DNA of 64,000 nt from an uncultured Candidatus Binatia bacterium (GTDB lineage: Bacteria; Desulfobacterota; Binatia; HRBIN30): the NCBI GenBank assembly GCA_964371655.1, contig CAYJOD010000003.1, positions 82,145 through 146,144 of the forward strand. Direction: 5' to 3'. The notes under the pieces were generated by a model. It searched no databases. It had not been told where the DNA came from and saw only the letters and a list, made by a program, of their open reading frames with translations. Made by a program: the position numbers and the translations under genes. Numbering within the stretch: position 1 is the stretch's first letter; each line of letters opens with the position of its first letter. This document shows, piece by piece, positions 47,801-57,718 of this stretch.

Positions 47801-49000
47801 TCAACGCGCGTCGCGCCACTTGTAGACCAGAATCAGCAGGATCCCAAAGCCGTAGGTGCCGAACGCCGCGCCCCACAGAAACCAATGCAGGCGATCGGCG
47901 ACGGCGAGAACGAGGAGCAGATAGGCGAAGTCGCGGTTCATCATCGCTTCCAACGACGCCAGGATGCGTTGGCGCATCTTCCCCTTCCACGTCGCCGGCG
48001 TGCCGCCACTGGTCGCGAAGTTCGGACGCTTTACGAGAAAGAAGTAGCTGAGGAAGCCGTCGAAGGCGAAGCCGCCCAACAAGATCGCAATGAGCATCAG
48101 GTAGGGGGCATCGGGGTGAGCGCGGTACAACCCAAGCGCAAGACCAACGAAGATGGCGACGTGTACGATGTTGTCGGTGATGACATCGAACTTCTGCCCG
48201 AACGATGAATCGAGAAACTTCATGCGCGCCACTTCGCCGTCGCAACCATCGATGATCGTGGCGCACAGGAAGAGCAGCGTCCCCGCGACTCCGGTCGCGT
48301 ACGAACCCACCGCCAGCAGGGCCCCCGCCAGCAGTCCGATCGACGTACCGATCGTGGTGATGTGATTGGGCCGCAAGCCGGTGTGGGCGACGATCCAGCG
48401 GCTGATGCGCAACGATACGCGGCGATCGACCCAGTGTGCCAACGGGCCGTCACTGGCCTTGCTGTCGTGGCGCATGCGCTCGCAGAACGCGCGCTCGGCC
48501 TGCTGCGCCGTGTGTGCATCGGTGACCGCGAGGCAAACGGCGCCATCCAAGTTGAGCACCTGGGCATCGAGCCCACGCACCGCGGCGAAGATGGCGGCCG
48601 TTCCCTTGGGGTCGAGATCGGTGAGATCGATGCTGGACCACGTGGTGATCCGGCAGCGCGCTGCCTGGTCGCTGTCGGCACCCACAAATAGCAGCGCCCG
48701 TCCATCCAGATTCGTCGTGGCGATCTGTTGAATCGTCGCCGGGGTCACGAACGTGTCACTGCGCACGATCGTCACTTCATCGCCTTCGAGAAGCGGGAAG
48801 TGCTCGCTGACCTCCACCGCACGGGTGCGGGCATCGCCGCGTAGCAGCTCGCGCACTTTGGCGGTGTGTTCGCGGCCGACGACCACGATGCGATCGAAGT
48901 CGGATCGCAGCACCGAGAGCACCACTCGCTGCAACAGTGGCAGGCCAGCGACTTTGTGAAAGCTCGCCTCGTTGGGGGGAAGAATCAGTGCCGTCTTCAC
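47801..49000 (-). CDS. CDP-alcohol phosphatidyltransferase with degenerate N-terminal nucleotidyltransferase-like domain
   Basis: PNHIT, DGCDGEVAR, FG..FD...D; N-terminal VAGLPLLQR. Confidence 0.88.
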   Translation of the reverse strand: MKTALILPPNEASFHKVAGLPLLQRVVLSVLRSDFDRIVVVGREHTAKVRELLRGDARTRAVEVSEHFPLLEGDEVTIVRSDTFVTPATIQQIATTNLDGRALLFVGADSDQAARCRITTWSSIDLTDLDPKGTAAIFAAVRGLDAQVLNLDGAVCLAVTDAHTAQQAERAFCERMRHDSKASDGPLAHWVDRRVSLRISRWIVAHTGLRPNHITTIGTSIGLLAGALLAVGSYATGVAGTLLFLCATIIDGCDGEVARMKFLDSSFGQKFDVITDNIVHVAIFVGLALGLYRAHPDAPYLMLIAILLGGFAFDGFLSYFFLVKRPNFATSGGTPATWKGKMRQRILASLEAMMNRDFAYLLLVLAVADRLHWFLWGAAFGTYGFGILLILVYKWRDAR

Positions 49001-50055
49001 GCGCCTGGCATGTCACCTTTCAAAGAAATCTGTTCCGGTATCGGCAGCGGTCGCGCCTCCTGCGCGCCCGAGGTGTAGGCCAGCGATAGCATCAGGACGC
49101 AGAGCTCAGCTTCGGTCCGATTGACGCGGCGCGCGTCCGGATCGTCGAGGGCGCGCCGGAACTCGGTGATCACGCCGCCGAACCAGTCTGGATGATGCGA
49201 GCCTGCCGACAGCGGACTGGCGAGTCGCCGCACCCGCTCCGGGCCCTTCCCGCGCAGAACCACGCGATCGTCGTCGATCTCCAGCTCGCCGGCATCGCCC
49301 GACAACTGCCAGCGCGTGTGCCGTTCCTCCGCCGCCCAGGTCAGACGAATCTCGCCGACCACGGACGGGAAGTCGACAGCACAGGTGACGGTATCCTCGA
49401 CCGCTGCGTCGACGTAGCGGCGTCTTTCCAAAGCGGCGCGAATCCGCTGCGGTCGCTGCTGTGCCAGCGCCAGCATCAGGTAGAACGCGTGCCAGCCATG
49501 ATCGACCAGGATGCCGCCGCCGGCCACGGCCGCATCGACGCGCCAGTTCTCGCCTGTCGCCACCGAGCAACCATTACGCGCGGTATCGAAGACGATCGAC
49601 CGCAACGATCCCAGCTGTCCTGCGGCAACGACCCGCTGCGCGAGCTGAAAGGCCTCGGAGTGCTTCCAGTTGTGAATCGTATGCAAGACGACGCCGGCGC
49701 GCTCGACGGCGCGCTTCAGCTCCAGGTAGTCGGGCAAGGACGTCGTCAGCGGCTTCTCGCACAGGACGTGCACGCCGGCTTGGGCCGCGGCGGTGATCGC
49801 CGCCGGGTGGAACACGGGCGGCGCCGCGATATCGACGAAATCGAGGCGCTCGTGCTGCAGCAGGGTCGCGACATCGGGGTACGTCCGCGCGCCGGGGACG
49901 GCGTCGGCCGCCAGCGCCCGGCGTTCAGGGTCGGGATCTACGATGGCAACGATCTGGAAATCGGAACGTGTCTTCCAACCGGGCAGATGTCCGTTCGCCG
50001 CAACGTTGCCGAATCCGATGATGGCACCGCGGCGAACGTTTGCGTCGGCGGTCAT
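48997..50055 (-). CDS. Gfo/Idh/MocA family oxidoreductase
   Basis: IIGFGNVA, CEKP, GGGILVDHGWH. Confidence 0.9.
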   Translation of the reverse strand: MTADANVRRGAIIGFGNVAANGHLPGWKTRSDFQIVAIVDPDPERRALAADAVPGARTYPDVATLLQHERLDFVDIAAPPVFHPAAITAAAQAGVHVLCEKPLTTSLPDYLELKRAVERAGVVLHTIHNWKHSEAFQLAQRVVAAGQLGSLRSIVFDTARNGCSVATGENWRVDAAVAGGGILVDHGWHAFYLMLALAQQRPQRIRAALERRRYVDAAVEDTVTCAVDFPSVVGEIRLTWAAEERHTRWQLSGDAGELEIDDDRVVLRGKGPERVRRLASPLSAGSHHPDWFGGVITEFRRALDDPDARRVNRTEAELCVLMLSLAYTSGAQEARPLPIPEQISLKGDMPGA

Positions 50056-51407
50056 TGCCGATACACACCCGAGCGCGAGATTTCACCGAATACTTCGTCG
50101 AGGATGGCGACACCGTCGCGGGCTTCGGTTTCGGTGAGGATCAGCGGTGGGTTGATACGCATACGCGAGAAGTAGCCCATCAGCAGCAGGCCGCGCCGCA
50201 ACGCTGCGAGGAAGATGCTCTCGGTGACTTGCTTGGCGAGCGGTTCCTTGGTCTTGCGGTCCTTCACCAGATCGAGGCCGATCAGCAAGCCGGAGCCGCG
50301 CACGTCGCCGATGAACTCGTACTTCTCCTGCAGCTTCTTGAGCTCATGCAGAAGCATCGCGCCGACGCGTTCGGCGTTGTCGACAAGATCCTCCGATAGA
50401 ATCGTCTCGACCGTCGTCAGCGCCGCCGTTGCCGCCAGTGGATTGCCGCCGTAGCTCGAAGAGGAGGAGCTCGGCTTCGCAAACGGCATCGCCGCCGTGA
50501 TCTCGTCGGTCGAGATCAAGCCGGTCACCGGGAAGCCGCATCCGAAGCCCTTGCCGATGGTCATCACGTCGGGGGTCGTTTGGGTATGGTCGCAACCAAA
50601 CATGGACCCCGTTCGCCCGAAGCCGGTGATCATCTCGTCGGCGATCAGCAGCGCCTCGTTCTCGTGCGCGATGTCGAGGACGCCGGGCAGGAACTCCTTC
50701 GGCGGCACGACGTTGCCGGCGGTGCCCTGCATCGGCTCGATGATGATCGCGGCGATCTGCCCGCCGGTGGTCGTCTTCAGCGACTGACGCATGAAGTCGA
50801 GGCAGAACATCCCGCAGTTCGGGTAGGTCATCTTGAACGGACAGCGATAGCAATCGGCGTAGGGCACCAGGTGGGTGCCGGTCGCGAGCGGGCCCCATTT
50901 TTGTTTCCACTCGTCGCCGATGAGACCCATGACGCCACCGGTCTTGCCGTGAAAGCCGCCCCAGAAGCCGACGACCTCGAACTTCTTGGTGTAGGCCTTG
51001 GCGAGGCGAATGGCGGCCTCGACGGCTTCCGAGCCGCCGCTGTAGAGCTGTGTTCGCTTCAACCCGCCGGGCGTCAGCTCGGCGATGAGCTTGAGCAGCT
51101 GCATGCGCGGCTCGGTCGTGAAGCTGCCCACCGCGAGTCGCTGCAATTGTTGGGTCAGGGCCGCCACGAAGCGCGGGTGCGAGTGGCCGAGACTGGCGAC
51201 GGCGACGCCGGCAAAAAAATCCAGGTATTGATTACCGTCGGCATCGGTCAAGCGGCAGCCTTTGCCCTCCACCATCGCGGCTTGCGAAAGCTGCGCGATA
51301 CGCTGGATGCCGGGTGCGAGAAACTGAGCTTCCGCCTCAATCAGGGCTCGCGATTTGGGCCCTGGAAAAGGGATCGAGGTGGACGCAGAGTTCGATGCTG
51401 TCTTCAC
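50052..51407 (-). CDS. Class III PLP aminotransferase
   Basis: YLDFFAG, SGGSEAVE, GFHGKT, EPMQG, ADEMITGFGRTG, IGKG; GTG start overlaps upstream stop. Confidence 0.92.
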   Translation of the reverse strand: MKTASNSASTSIPFPGPKSRALIEAEAQFLAPGIQRIAQLSQAAMVEGKGCRLTDADGNQYLDFFAGVAVASLGHSHPRFVAALTQQLQRLAVGSFTTEPRMQLLKLIAELTPGGLKRTQLYSGGSEAVEAAIRLAKAYTKKFEVVGFWGGFHGKTGGVMGLIGDEWKQKWGPLATGTHLVPYADCYRCPFKMTYPNCGMFCLDFMRQSLKTTTGGQIAAIIIEPMQGTAGNVVPPKEFLPGVLDIAHENEALLIADEMITGFGRTGSMFGCDHTQTTPDVMTIGKGFGCGFPVTGLISTDEITAAMPFAKPSSSSSSYGGNPLAATAALTTVETILSEDLVDNAERVGAMLLHELKKLQEKYEFIGDVRGSGLLIGLDLVKDRKTKEPLAKQVTESIFLAALRRGLLLMGYFSRMRINPPLILTETEARDGVAILDEVFGEISRSGVYRQ

Positions 51408-52225
51408 GGTGCTGCGACTTTCTCCAGGTGGGTGGCGATGGATTTGGATGCCCCAAAAAGGCAAGCAGAGTAGCTAGGCCAATCATTCAAGTCAATTAAG
51501 TTGACCTCGCCGTCGGCGCCGATGACGCAATCGCCGCCGTAGATTTCTACGCCGAGAGTGTCGGCAGCCCGGCGTCCGACCGCGTCCACCTGTCGCAAGA
51601 CATCGGCGTCGAACTGCGCTACCGCTGCCGGCTGCACACAGTGAAAGAAACCCCCGCGTACGCCGTAGAATTTGACGACGGTCCCCGGCCGGTGCTGTTG
51701 CACGACGGCTCGTTGGATGTCGCGTTCCTGGAAGCGCGCCAACGCGGCCTGCGCGGCGGCGACGTCGACGACGTAGACCACGTCATCGGCGTCGATCGCG
51801 TGCACGTCGCCGCGTTTGATCCAGGCACCGGCTTCGTCGATCCACTCGGGAAGCGGCGCCGACTCGGCCGCCGGCGAGCGAGTGTCGACGATCGCAGTAC
51901 GCGGAAAGCCGACATCGGAGCCGCTCAGCAGCAACACCGTGCGGTGGCGTTGGCAGTTGAGAATCGCCTCGGCGCAATTGACGACGCGAATCCCGTCGAT
52001 CTCCCATTCACGCAGGTGCTGCAAGGCCGATCGCCCCTGGCTCATCGTGAACACCACGGTGCCCGGCTGCGGCTGTGGCCACTCGGCCTCGGTCTCCGTA
52101 AACATGTCGATCGCGTGTCCGGCGTCGCGCAGACACGTCGCGGTCATCTCCAAGATGCGTCGATCCGCCTCCACCTTGCCCGGCGAAAAGCGTGCGTCGC
52201 GAGCGATGCCGAGAAAGCGGCTCAT
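51404..52225 (-). CDS. ATP-grasp-like protein
   Basis: RFSPG..E.D, WIKRGDVH, VKFYGV, YGGD, IDLNDWPS. Confidence 0.72.
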   Translation of the reverse strand: MSRFLGIARDARFSPGKVEADRRILEMTATCLRDAGHAIDMFTETEAEWPQPQPGTVVFTMSQGRSALQHLREWEIDGIRVVNCAEAILNCQRHRTVLLLSGSDVGFPRTAIVDTRSPAAESAPLPEWIDEAGAWIKRGDVHAIDADDVVYVVDVAAAQAALARFQERDIQRAVVQQHRPGTVVKFYGVRGGFFHCVQPAAVAQFDADVLRQVDAVGRRAADTLGVEIYGGDCVIGADGEVNLIDLNDWPSYSACLFGASKSIATHLEKVAAP

Positions 52226-52926
52226 GCGGCGAACCCGCTGCGCACGAACGCCTCGGCGGTGGCGACGTCCTCGGCGCGATCGACGTCGACTGCCTTGCCC
52301 ACCGGCTCGCCGTAGATCCGATAACCGGAGTCGACGAGATGCCCGAGAAACTGCCGCAATGCGGTGAAACGCTGCAGCGCGACTTCAGCATCGAGGAAGA
52401 TCGAGGCGTCGAAGGTGTAGAAGCCCGCGGTGATCCAACCGCTCTTGCGTGCCGCTGGTCCGAGCGCGACCACCCGGTTCTTGGCATCGAGGCGGGCCCA
52501 TAAGGGTTTTTCGTCGTCCACAAACCGGGTCACGGCGAGAACGCCGTTGGCATCCACATGCGTCGCCGCGGCTTCGAGGAAGCGCCGCAAGACATCGGGT
52601 GAGAACACCGAGTCGACGGTCAACAAGACGAAACGCTCGCCGGACAACAGCGGCGCCAGGGTGAAGAGACTTTCCATCGAGCTCGCGGTGGTGCGGCGCA
52701 CGAACTCGAAGCTCAGCTGTGGCCAGGTGCGGCGGCAGTGCTCCTCGATCCCGGCCGACTGCTCGTTCACGATACAAGCAACCTCGGCAAGTCCCGCCGC
52801 GGTGATCGCCGCCAGGGCGTAATCGATCAGGGCCCGCCCGGCGACAGGAACAAGGGGTTTCGGTTGCTCATAGCCGGCAGCGAGCAGGCGTTCGCCGTGG
52901 CCCGCCGCAATGATGGCTGCTTTCAT
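52222..52926 (-). CDS. Nucleotidyltransferase (NTP transferase) family protein
   Basis: IIAAGHGERL, PKPLV, TVD, DVDR.ED. Confidence 0.9.
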   Translation of the reverse strand: MKAAIIAAGHGERLLAAGYEQPKPLVPVAGRALIDYALAAITAAGLAEVACIVNEQSAGIEEHCRRTWPQLSFEFVRRTTASSMESLFTLAPLLSGERFVLLTVDSVFSPDVLRRFLEAAATHVDANGVLAVTRFVDDEKPLWARLDAKNRVVALGPAARKSGWITAGFYTFDASIFLDAEVALQRFTALRQFLGHLVDSGYRIYGEPVGKAVDVDRAEDVATAEAFVRSGFAA

Positions 52927-53603
52927 TCGATCATGGTCTCCAGATCAGTGAGGCGCCGCAGGCGGATGTCGACGAGCTCCGGTGCCGGGCAAGGGCGATC
53001 CGCCTCGCCCACCAACCAGGCCGAACGCAGACCTGCTCGGCGCGCACCGACGACGTCCTTCTCGAAGGAGTCGCCCACATATAAAACGTCTGCCGCGCTA
53101 CAGCCGAGGTCGTCGAGCGCCAGCCGAAAAATTCCCGGTTCGGGCTTGCTCACTCCGACGCGATTGGAATCGATAATCGTGGCCAACAGCGGCGCGATAC
53201 CGGCTTCCGCGAGGACGCGGTCGACATTGCCGTAAAAATTCGAGATCACGCCCAACGAATAATGCTCCTGCAAGCGCTCGAGAACCTCACGGCTTTGATC
53301 GAGCGCGGCCCACGCGTCGTCGAGGAAGACGGCGAGGATGTCCGCGGCGCGCTGTGGGTCACTGATCCCGAGGTGTTCGAATTGCCGTGCGACGTGGAAC
53401 TCGGCCAAGTCGCGCAGCCCCATGTCGGCCACCCGCGCGTCGGCGTAGCCGCTGCGGGTGGCATGGCCAAAGGCCGCGCGCAGGTCGTCAAATGGTACCG
53501 ACAGCCCGACCCCGGCGTACAGACGCGCGAAGCGAGGCAACCAGTGGTCCGCCGGGCCATCTAACGTTCCGCCAAAGTCAAAGCACACCGCCTCGACTTG
53601 CAT
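52923..53603 (-). CDS. HAD family hydrolase
   Basis: FDFGGTLD, ISN, KP, VGDS..KD. Confidence 0.9.
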   Translation of the reverse strand: MQVEAVCFDFGGTLDGPADHWLPRFARLYAGVGLSVPFDDLRAAFGHATRSGYADARVADMGLRDLAEFHVARQFEHLGISDPQRAADILAVFLDDAWAALDQSREVLERLQEHYSLGVISNFYGNVDRVLAEAGIAPLLATIIDSNRVGVSKPEPGIFRLALDDLGCSAADVLYVGDSFEKDVVGARRAGLRSAWLVGEADRPCPAPELVDIRLRRLTDLETMIE

Positions 53604-53682
53604 GATGCTTCGTAAAGCAGGCACGCATGCGTACGGCAACCGTAGCGTTGGCGTGGCGGTCGGCGCTGCTATCTAGAGCGAC

Positions 53683-54483
53683 ATGCACGAGTTCGACGAA
53701 GACACACGCGTACAGCCGATCGGAAACGGCGCCTTTGCGGGCGAGCTCACCGAACGCTGGGGTATCGGGGAAGTCCCCAACGGGGGCTACCTGCTCGCCT
53801 TCGCGATGTCGGCGCTGCGGCAAGCGCTTCCGGATCGCGATCCGCTTTCTGTGACTGCACACTATTTGCGCCCAGGAGCCACCGGCCCGGCGCGTGTCGC
53901 CGTGGAAATCATCAAGACCGGCCGTCGTTTCTCGACGCTCATGGCTAGGCTGATCCAGAACGGCGCAGAGGTGCTGCGCGTGCTCGCCACCTACGGCGAT
54001 CTCGAGTCGGGACCAGGGCCGCGCCATATCGACGGTGCGCCGCCGCTCTTGCCGCCGCGCTTGGCGCGGCCGCCGCTACCGCCGTCGGGTGGCGTGATGA
54101 CCATCCTCGAGCGCTTCGACATTCAGTTCGATCCAGCCACCACTGCCTTCACGCGCGGCGAGCGTGCCGCTCAAGCAGCGATTCGCGGCTGGCTGCGTTT
54201 CGCCGATGGCCGCATGCCCGACGTGCACAGCATGGGGTTGATCGCCGATGCCTTCCCGCCAGCCGTGTTTCAAATCCTCGCTGCCGGATGGGTTCCAACC
54301 CTCGAGCTCACCGTCCACGTCCGCGCCCGCCCGCAGTCCGAATGGCTGGCGTGCGTCTTCCGCACCCGCTTCTTGCAGAACGGCCTGCTCGAAGAGGACG
54401 GCGAGATCTGGGACGAGAGCGGCACGCTGGTGGCGATGTCGCGGCAGCTCGCGATCCCACCGCGGCCGCTCGCGGGCGAGTAG
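53683..54483 (+). CDS. Thioesterase family protein (double hotdog)
   Basis: PNGGYL, HYLRP, DAFPP, WVPTLELTVH, EEDGEIWD. Confidence 0.88.
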   Translation: MHEFDEDTRVQPIGNGAFAGELTERWGIGEVPNGGYLLAFAMSALRQALPDRDPLSVTAHYLRPGATGPARVAVEIIKTGRRFSTLMARLIQNGAEVLRVLATYGDLESGPGPRHIDGAPPLLPPRLARPPLPPSGGVMTILERFDIQFDPATTAFTRGERAAQAAIRGWLRFADGRMPDVHSMGLIADAFPPAVFQILAAGWVPTLELTVHVRARPQSEWLACVFRTRFLQNGLLEEDGEIWDESGTLVAMSRQLAIPPRPLAGE

Positions 54484-54537
54484 AAAGGCGACATGGTGCG
54501 AGACCGCTGCGCCAAGCAAGTGTAGCCGCGCTTGTCA

Positions 54538-54759
54538 GAGGTTGTCTCACAACTTCTTGGCGGTACAGGCTAGAAGCCTATACCACCGAGGCTTTCTGCA
54601 CTGGGATTGGGTTCTTGGTGGTATAGGCCTTTGGCCTGTACCACCTTGCCGAGGTTTTGAGACAGTCATCATGAAGCTGCTGCTTCGCCCGAGAGGATGA
54701 AAACTCGGTTCCCGAGCCCCCAGCCCCGAGTCTCCAGCCCCCATTTTCAAAGCAACCTC
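54538..54759. mobile_element. MITE-like element (GAGGTTGTCTC ends), copy 2, carrying a GGTGGTATAGGC REP doublet
   Basis: Right part near-identical to 26825-26930; no clear target duplication. Confidence 0.7.
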
Positions 54760-54912
54760 GCCGGAGCGTGGCTGCCAGGTGTTAGCCATCTGGTGGTCAA
54801 GCCGGGACAGGCGCGAAATGCGACAGTACCGAACCTCGGACTCGTTTGACAAAGCGCCGGTACGCGGGGAAAGTAACGTGTCTCTCATTGTTGCGGGCGA
54901 AGGTTAGGTAAC

Positions 54913-56604
54913 ATGATTCATCTTGCGGAATTCTCGGCGCGGACGCGGACGAAGAACCTCGAGGCGCTGGCGCGCGAGCAGTTTGATCTGCTGGTCATCG
55001 GTGGCGGGATAACCGGCGCCGGGATCGCTCGTGACGCGGCGATGCGTGGGCTACGCGTGGCCCTGGTCGAGCGCCGCGACTTCGCGGCCGGTACGAGCAG
55101 CCGTTCCTCCAAGCTGGTTCATGGTGGCTTGCGTTATCTCGCCCAAGGGGACGTCGGGCTGGTGATGGAGGCGTCGAACGAACGCCGTGCCGTGCGCAAG
55201 CTGGCGCCGCACTTGGCAACACCGCTGCAGGTTCTCGTCCCCGTCTACAGCCGCTCGGGGTACGCCACGATCAGTGCCGGCCTGTGGACCTACGACCGCA
55301 TGGCTCGCGTCCTCAAGGAGGAGCGCAACCAGATGCTCGGGCGTGACGAGACGCTCGCGCTCGAACCCGGCTTACGCCCCGATCGCTTGTATGGCGCCGG
55401 CTTGTACTACGAGTATCTCACCGACGACGCGCGCCTGGTCATCGCCAACATTCAGACCGCCGCGGCGTTCGGTGCATCCATCGCCAACTACGCTGAAGTG
55501 GTGGCCCTGCACAGCGACGGTGGACACCTCGCGGCCGCCATCGTCCGCGATATGGAGTCCGAGGCGGAGTTCCGGGTCGGCGCCAAGATCATCGTCAATG
55601 CGGCGGGACCGTGGGTCGACGAGATTCGCATCATGCAAGGCGGCAACGAGAAACGGCGCCTGCATCTGGCGCAAGGCATCCATATTTCGATTCCCGCCGA
55701 GCGTCTGCCGATCTCGCGCATGGTCACCCTGGCGTCGCCCGACAAGCGTCCGGTATTCGCCATTCGGCGCGGGCCCCTCGTCTACATCGGCACCACCGAC
55801 ACCGAGTACGAGGGACGTTACGATGACCCGCCGATCGCGCTACGCGACGTCGAGTACTTGCTCGATGCGGCGAACCTCACCTTCAACGTCGAGCGTATCG
55901 GCGTCGACGACATCGTCGGGGCGTGGTCGGGTCTGCGCCCACTCGTGCACCAGGAAGGTAAGAAGACCTCGGAGATCTCGCGTAAAGACGAGGTCATCAT
56001 TGGCCCGACCGGACTCTTGTCGATCGCGGGTGGCAAGCTGACGACCTTCCGCAAGATGGCCGAACGTGTCACCGACCTGGTCGTCGAGCAATTGAAGGCG
56101 CGCGGTCAGACCGTCCCGGGCCGCAGGGCGGATGCGGACAACGGGCCTCTGGTCGGCGGCGATACCGGTGACAACGTCGAAGCTTTCGCCACCCGCCTCA
56201 AACAGCGCTGGCCGAAGGTTGCGGACGATATTGTCGATCACCTCGTGGAGGTCTACGGCAGCAACGGCGAGCGCATCGTTGAATCGATGGCCGGCGATCC
56301 GACCCTGGCGACGCGTTGCGCGCCGGATTCGCCGGTCACGCAGGGCGAGATCGCTTTCACCGTGCGTCTGGAGATGGCATTGACTGTCGAGGACTTTCTC
56401 GAACGTCGCGCCCGTCTGTTCCTATGGGAAGCGCACAACGGGCTTACCGTCGCCGGTGCCGTCGCGCAGCACATGGGGGCGCTACTTGGCTGGGATAGCA
56501 AGCGGGTCGCGAGCGAAGAGGCCGCCTATCGCGCCCATGTTCGTGACGTGAAGACGTTTCTCCCCGCCGCCGAGCCCGTCCCCCTGCGCGCCGCCCAAGG
56601 ATGA
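54913..56604 (+). CDS. glpD: FAD-dependent glycerol-3-phosphate dehydrogenase
   Basis: GGGITGAG, GTSSRSSKLVHGGLRYL, DDARL, GTTD, GGKLTTFR. Confidence 0.93.
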   Translation: MIHLAEFSARTRTKNLEALAREQFDLLVIGGGITGAGIARDAAMRGLRVALVERRDFAAGTSSRSSKLVHGGLRYLAQGDVGLVMEASNERRAVRKLAPHLATPLQVLVPVYSRSGYATISAGLWTYDRMARVLKEERNQMLGRDETLALEPGLRPDRLYGAGLYYEYLTDDARLVIANIQTAAAFGASIANYAEVVALHSDGGHLAAAIVRDMESEAEFRVGAKIIVNAAGPWVDEIRIMQGGNEKRRLHLAQGIHISIPAERLPISRMVTLASPDKRPVFAIRRGPLVYIGTTDTEYEGRYDDPPIALRDVEYLLDAANLTFNVERIGVDDIVGAWSGLRPLVHQEGKKTSEISRKDEVIIGPTGLLSIAGGKLTTFRKMAERVTDLVVEQLKARGQTVPGRRADADNGPLVGGDTGDNVEAFATRLKQRWPKVADDIVDHLVEVYGSNGERIVESMAGDPTLATRCAPDSPVTQGEIAFTVRLEMALTVEDFLERRARLFLWEAHNGLTVAGAVAQHMGALLGWDSKRVASEEAAYRAHVRDVKTFLPAAEPVPLRAAQG

Positions 56605-56683
56605 CTCCATGCCGAGCCGCGATCCGAGTGCGCCTCACCGCGCCCGTGGCCCGCAACCGACCACTGACCACTGACCACTAAAC

Positions 56684-57088
56684 CTACCGAATCAGGTGCA
56701 GCACCCACCACAGGTAGATCAGGACCTGCGCGAAGAACAGATTGGCGCGGATCAGAACCGCGGGCACACTGGTTGAGATGATGTGGGTGATCGACTGCAG
56801 GATGCGGAAGACGAGAACCCACATTGCCAGGGGATCGGTGACGTTCAATTTGCCGGCGATACTGGCGCCGATGACGATCGCGGCGAATAGCGGCAGGGTT
56901 TCGTAGCAGTTGTCGCGCGCGCGCGTGAGCCGACGCCCGAGCGCGTCGAGATCCGAGCCATCGGTGGCAAAGCTGTTCGCCGCCTTCTTCCCTGCCAGCA
57001 CGGGCACGCTGCGGTAGATGGCCATTGCCAGTGTCAGCAGGGCGTACCAGCCTGCGAAGCCGAGCAATGCGGTTGCAGTAGTCGACAT
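56684..57088 (-). CDS. MAPEG family membrane protein
   Basis: RARDNCYETLP, RILQSITH; RBS GGGAGG. Confidence 0.85.
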   Translation of the reverse strand: MSTTATALLGFAGWYALLTLAMAIYRSVPVLAGKKAANSFATDGSDLDALGRRLTRARDNCYETLPLFAAIVIGASIAGKLNVTDPLAMWVLVFRILQSITHIISTSVPAVLIRANLFFAQVLIYLWWVLHLIR

Positions 57089-57196
57089 AGAATCCTCCCT
57101 TTCAGTATCGTCCAAATTATTGTCGTGGCGCCGCTGGTTATCTGGTAGCAGCGCGCCCATCGCAGGGTGCGTTGCTCCAGAGCAACACTACCGCAT

Positions 57197-57655
57197 TCAG
57201 CGCGGCGTTTCGACGTTCGCAACTTTCTTGCCGGCCAGGTCGCTGCCCGCCTCCAAACACAGCAGCCGCACGCGTCCGCTGGAAACGACACGACCGCTCT
57301 CGTCGCGAGCGGTTGCCTCCCAGATCTGGGAGCGGCGACCGCGGCTAAGCGGCGTTGCGGTGACGCGCACGCGCCCACTGCGTGCTGCGTGAATGAAGCT
57401 GGTGTGGTTCTCGACTCCGACCACCGCCTGGTTGCGGGCGATGGCGTTGATGCCGGCGGCCATCGAGCACGCGCTCTCGATCGCCGCGCAGTGCACTCCG
57501 CCATGGACGATGCCGTATGGTTGGTGGTGTCGTTCGTCGATGTCGTACTCGAGGATGACTTCATCCAGCGTCGCGTGCACGAGACGGAAACCCATCGTCT
57601 CGTCGAAACCGCAGCGCATCTGCTCCTGCAATCTGTTGGTCTTGTCGTCTTGCAT
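57197..57655 (-). CDS. PaaI family thioesterase
   Basis: HHQPYGIVHGG, VGVENHTSF. Confidence 0.9.
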   Translation of the reverse strand: MQDDKTNRLQEQMRCGFDETMGFRLVHATLDEVILEYDIDERHHQPYGIVHGGVHCAAIESACSMAAGINAIARNQAVVGVENHTSFIHAARSGRVRVTATPLSRGRRSQIWEATARDESGRVVSSGRVRLLCLEAGSDLAGKKVANVETPR

Positions 57656-57718
57656 CGCCGTACCGTACACTGTGTGCTTTGGATTCGCGAGACGAGTGAG
57701 TTACGGAGAGGAGATGCC

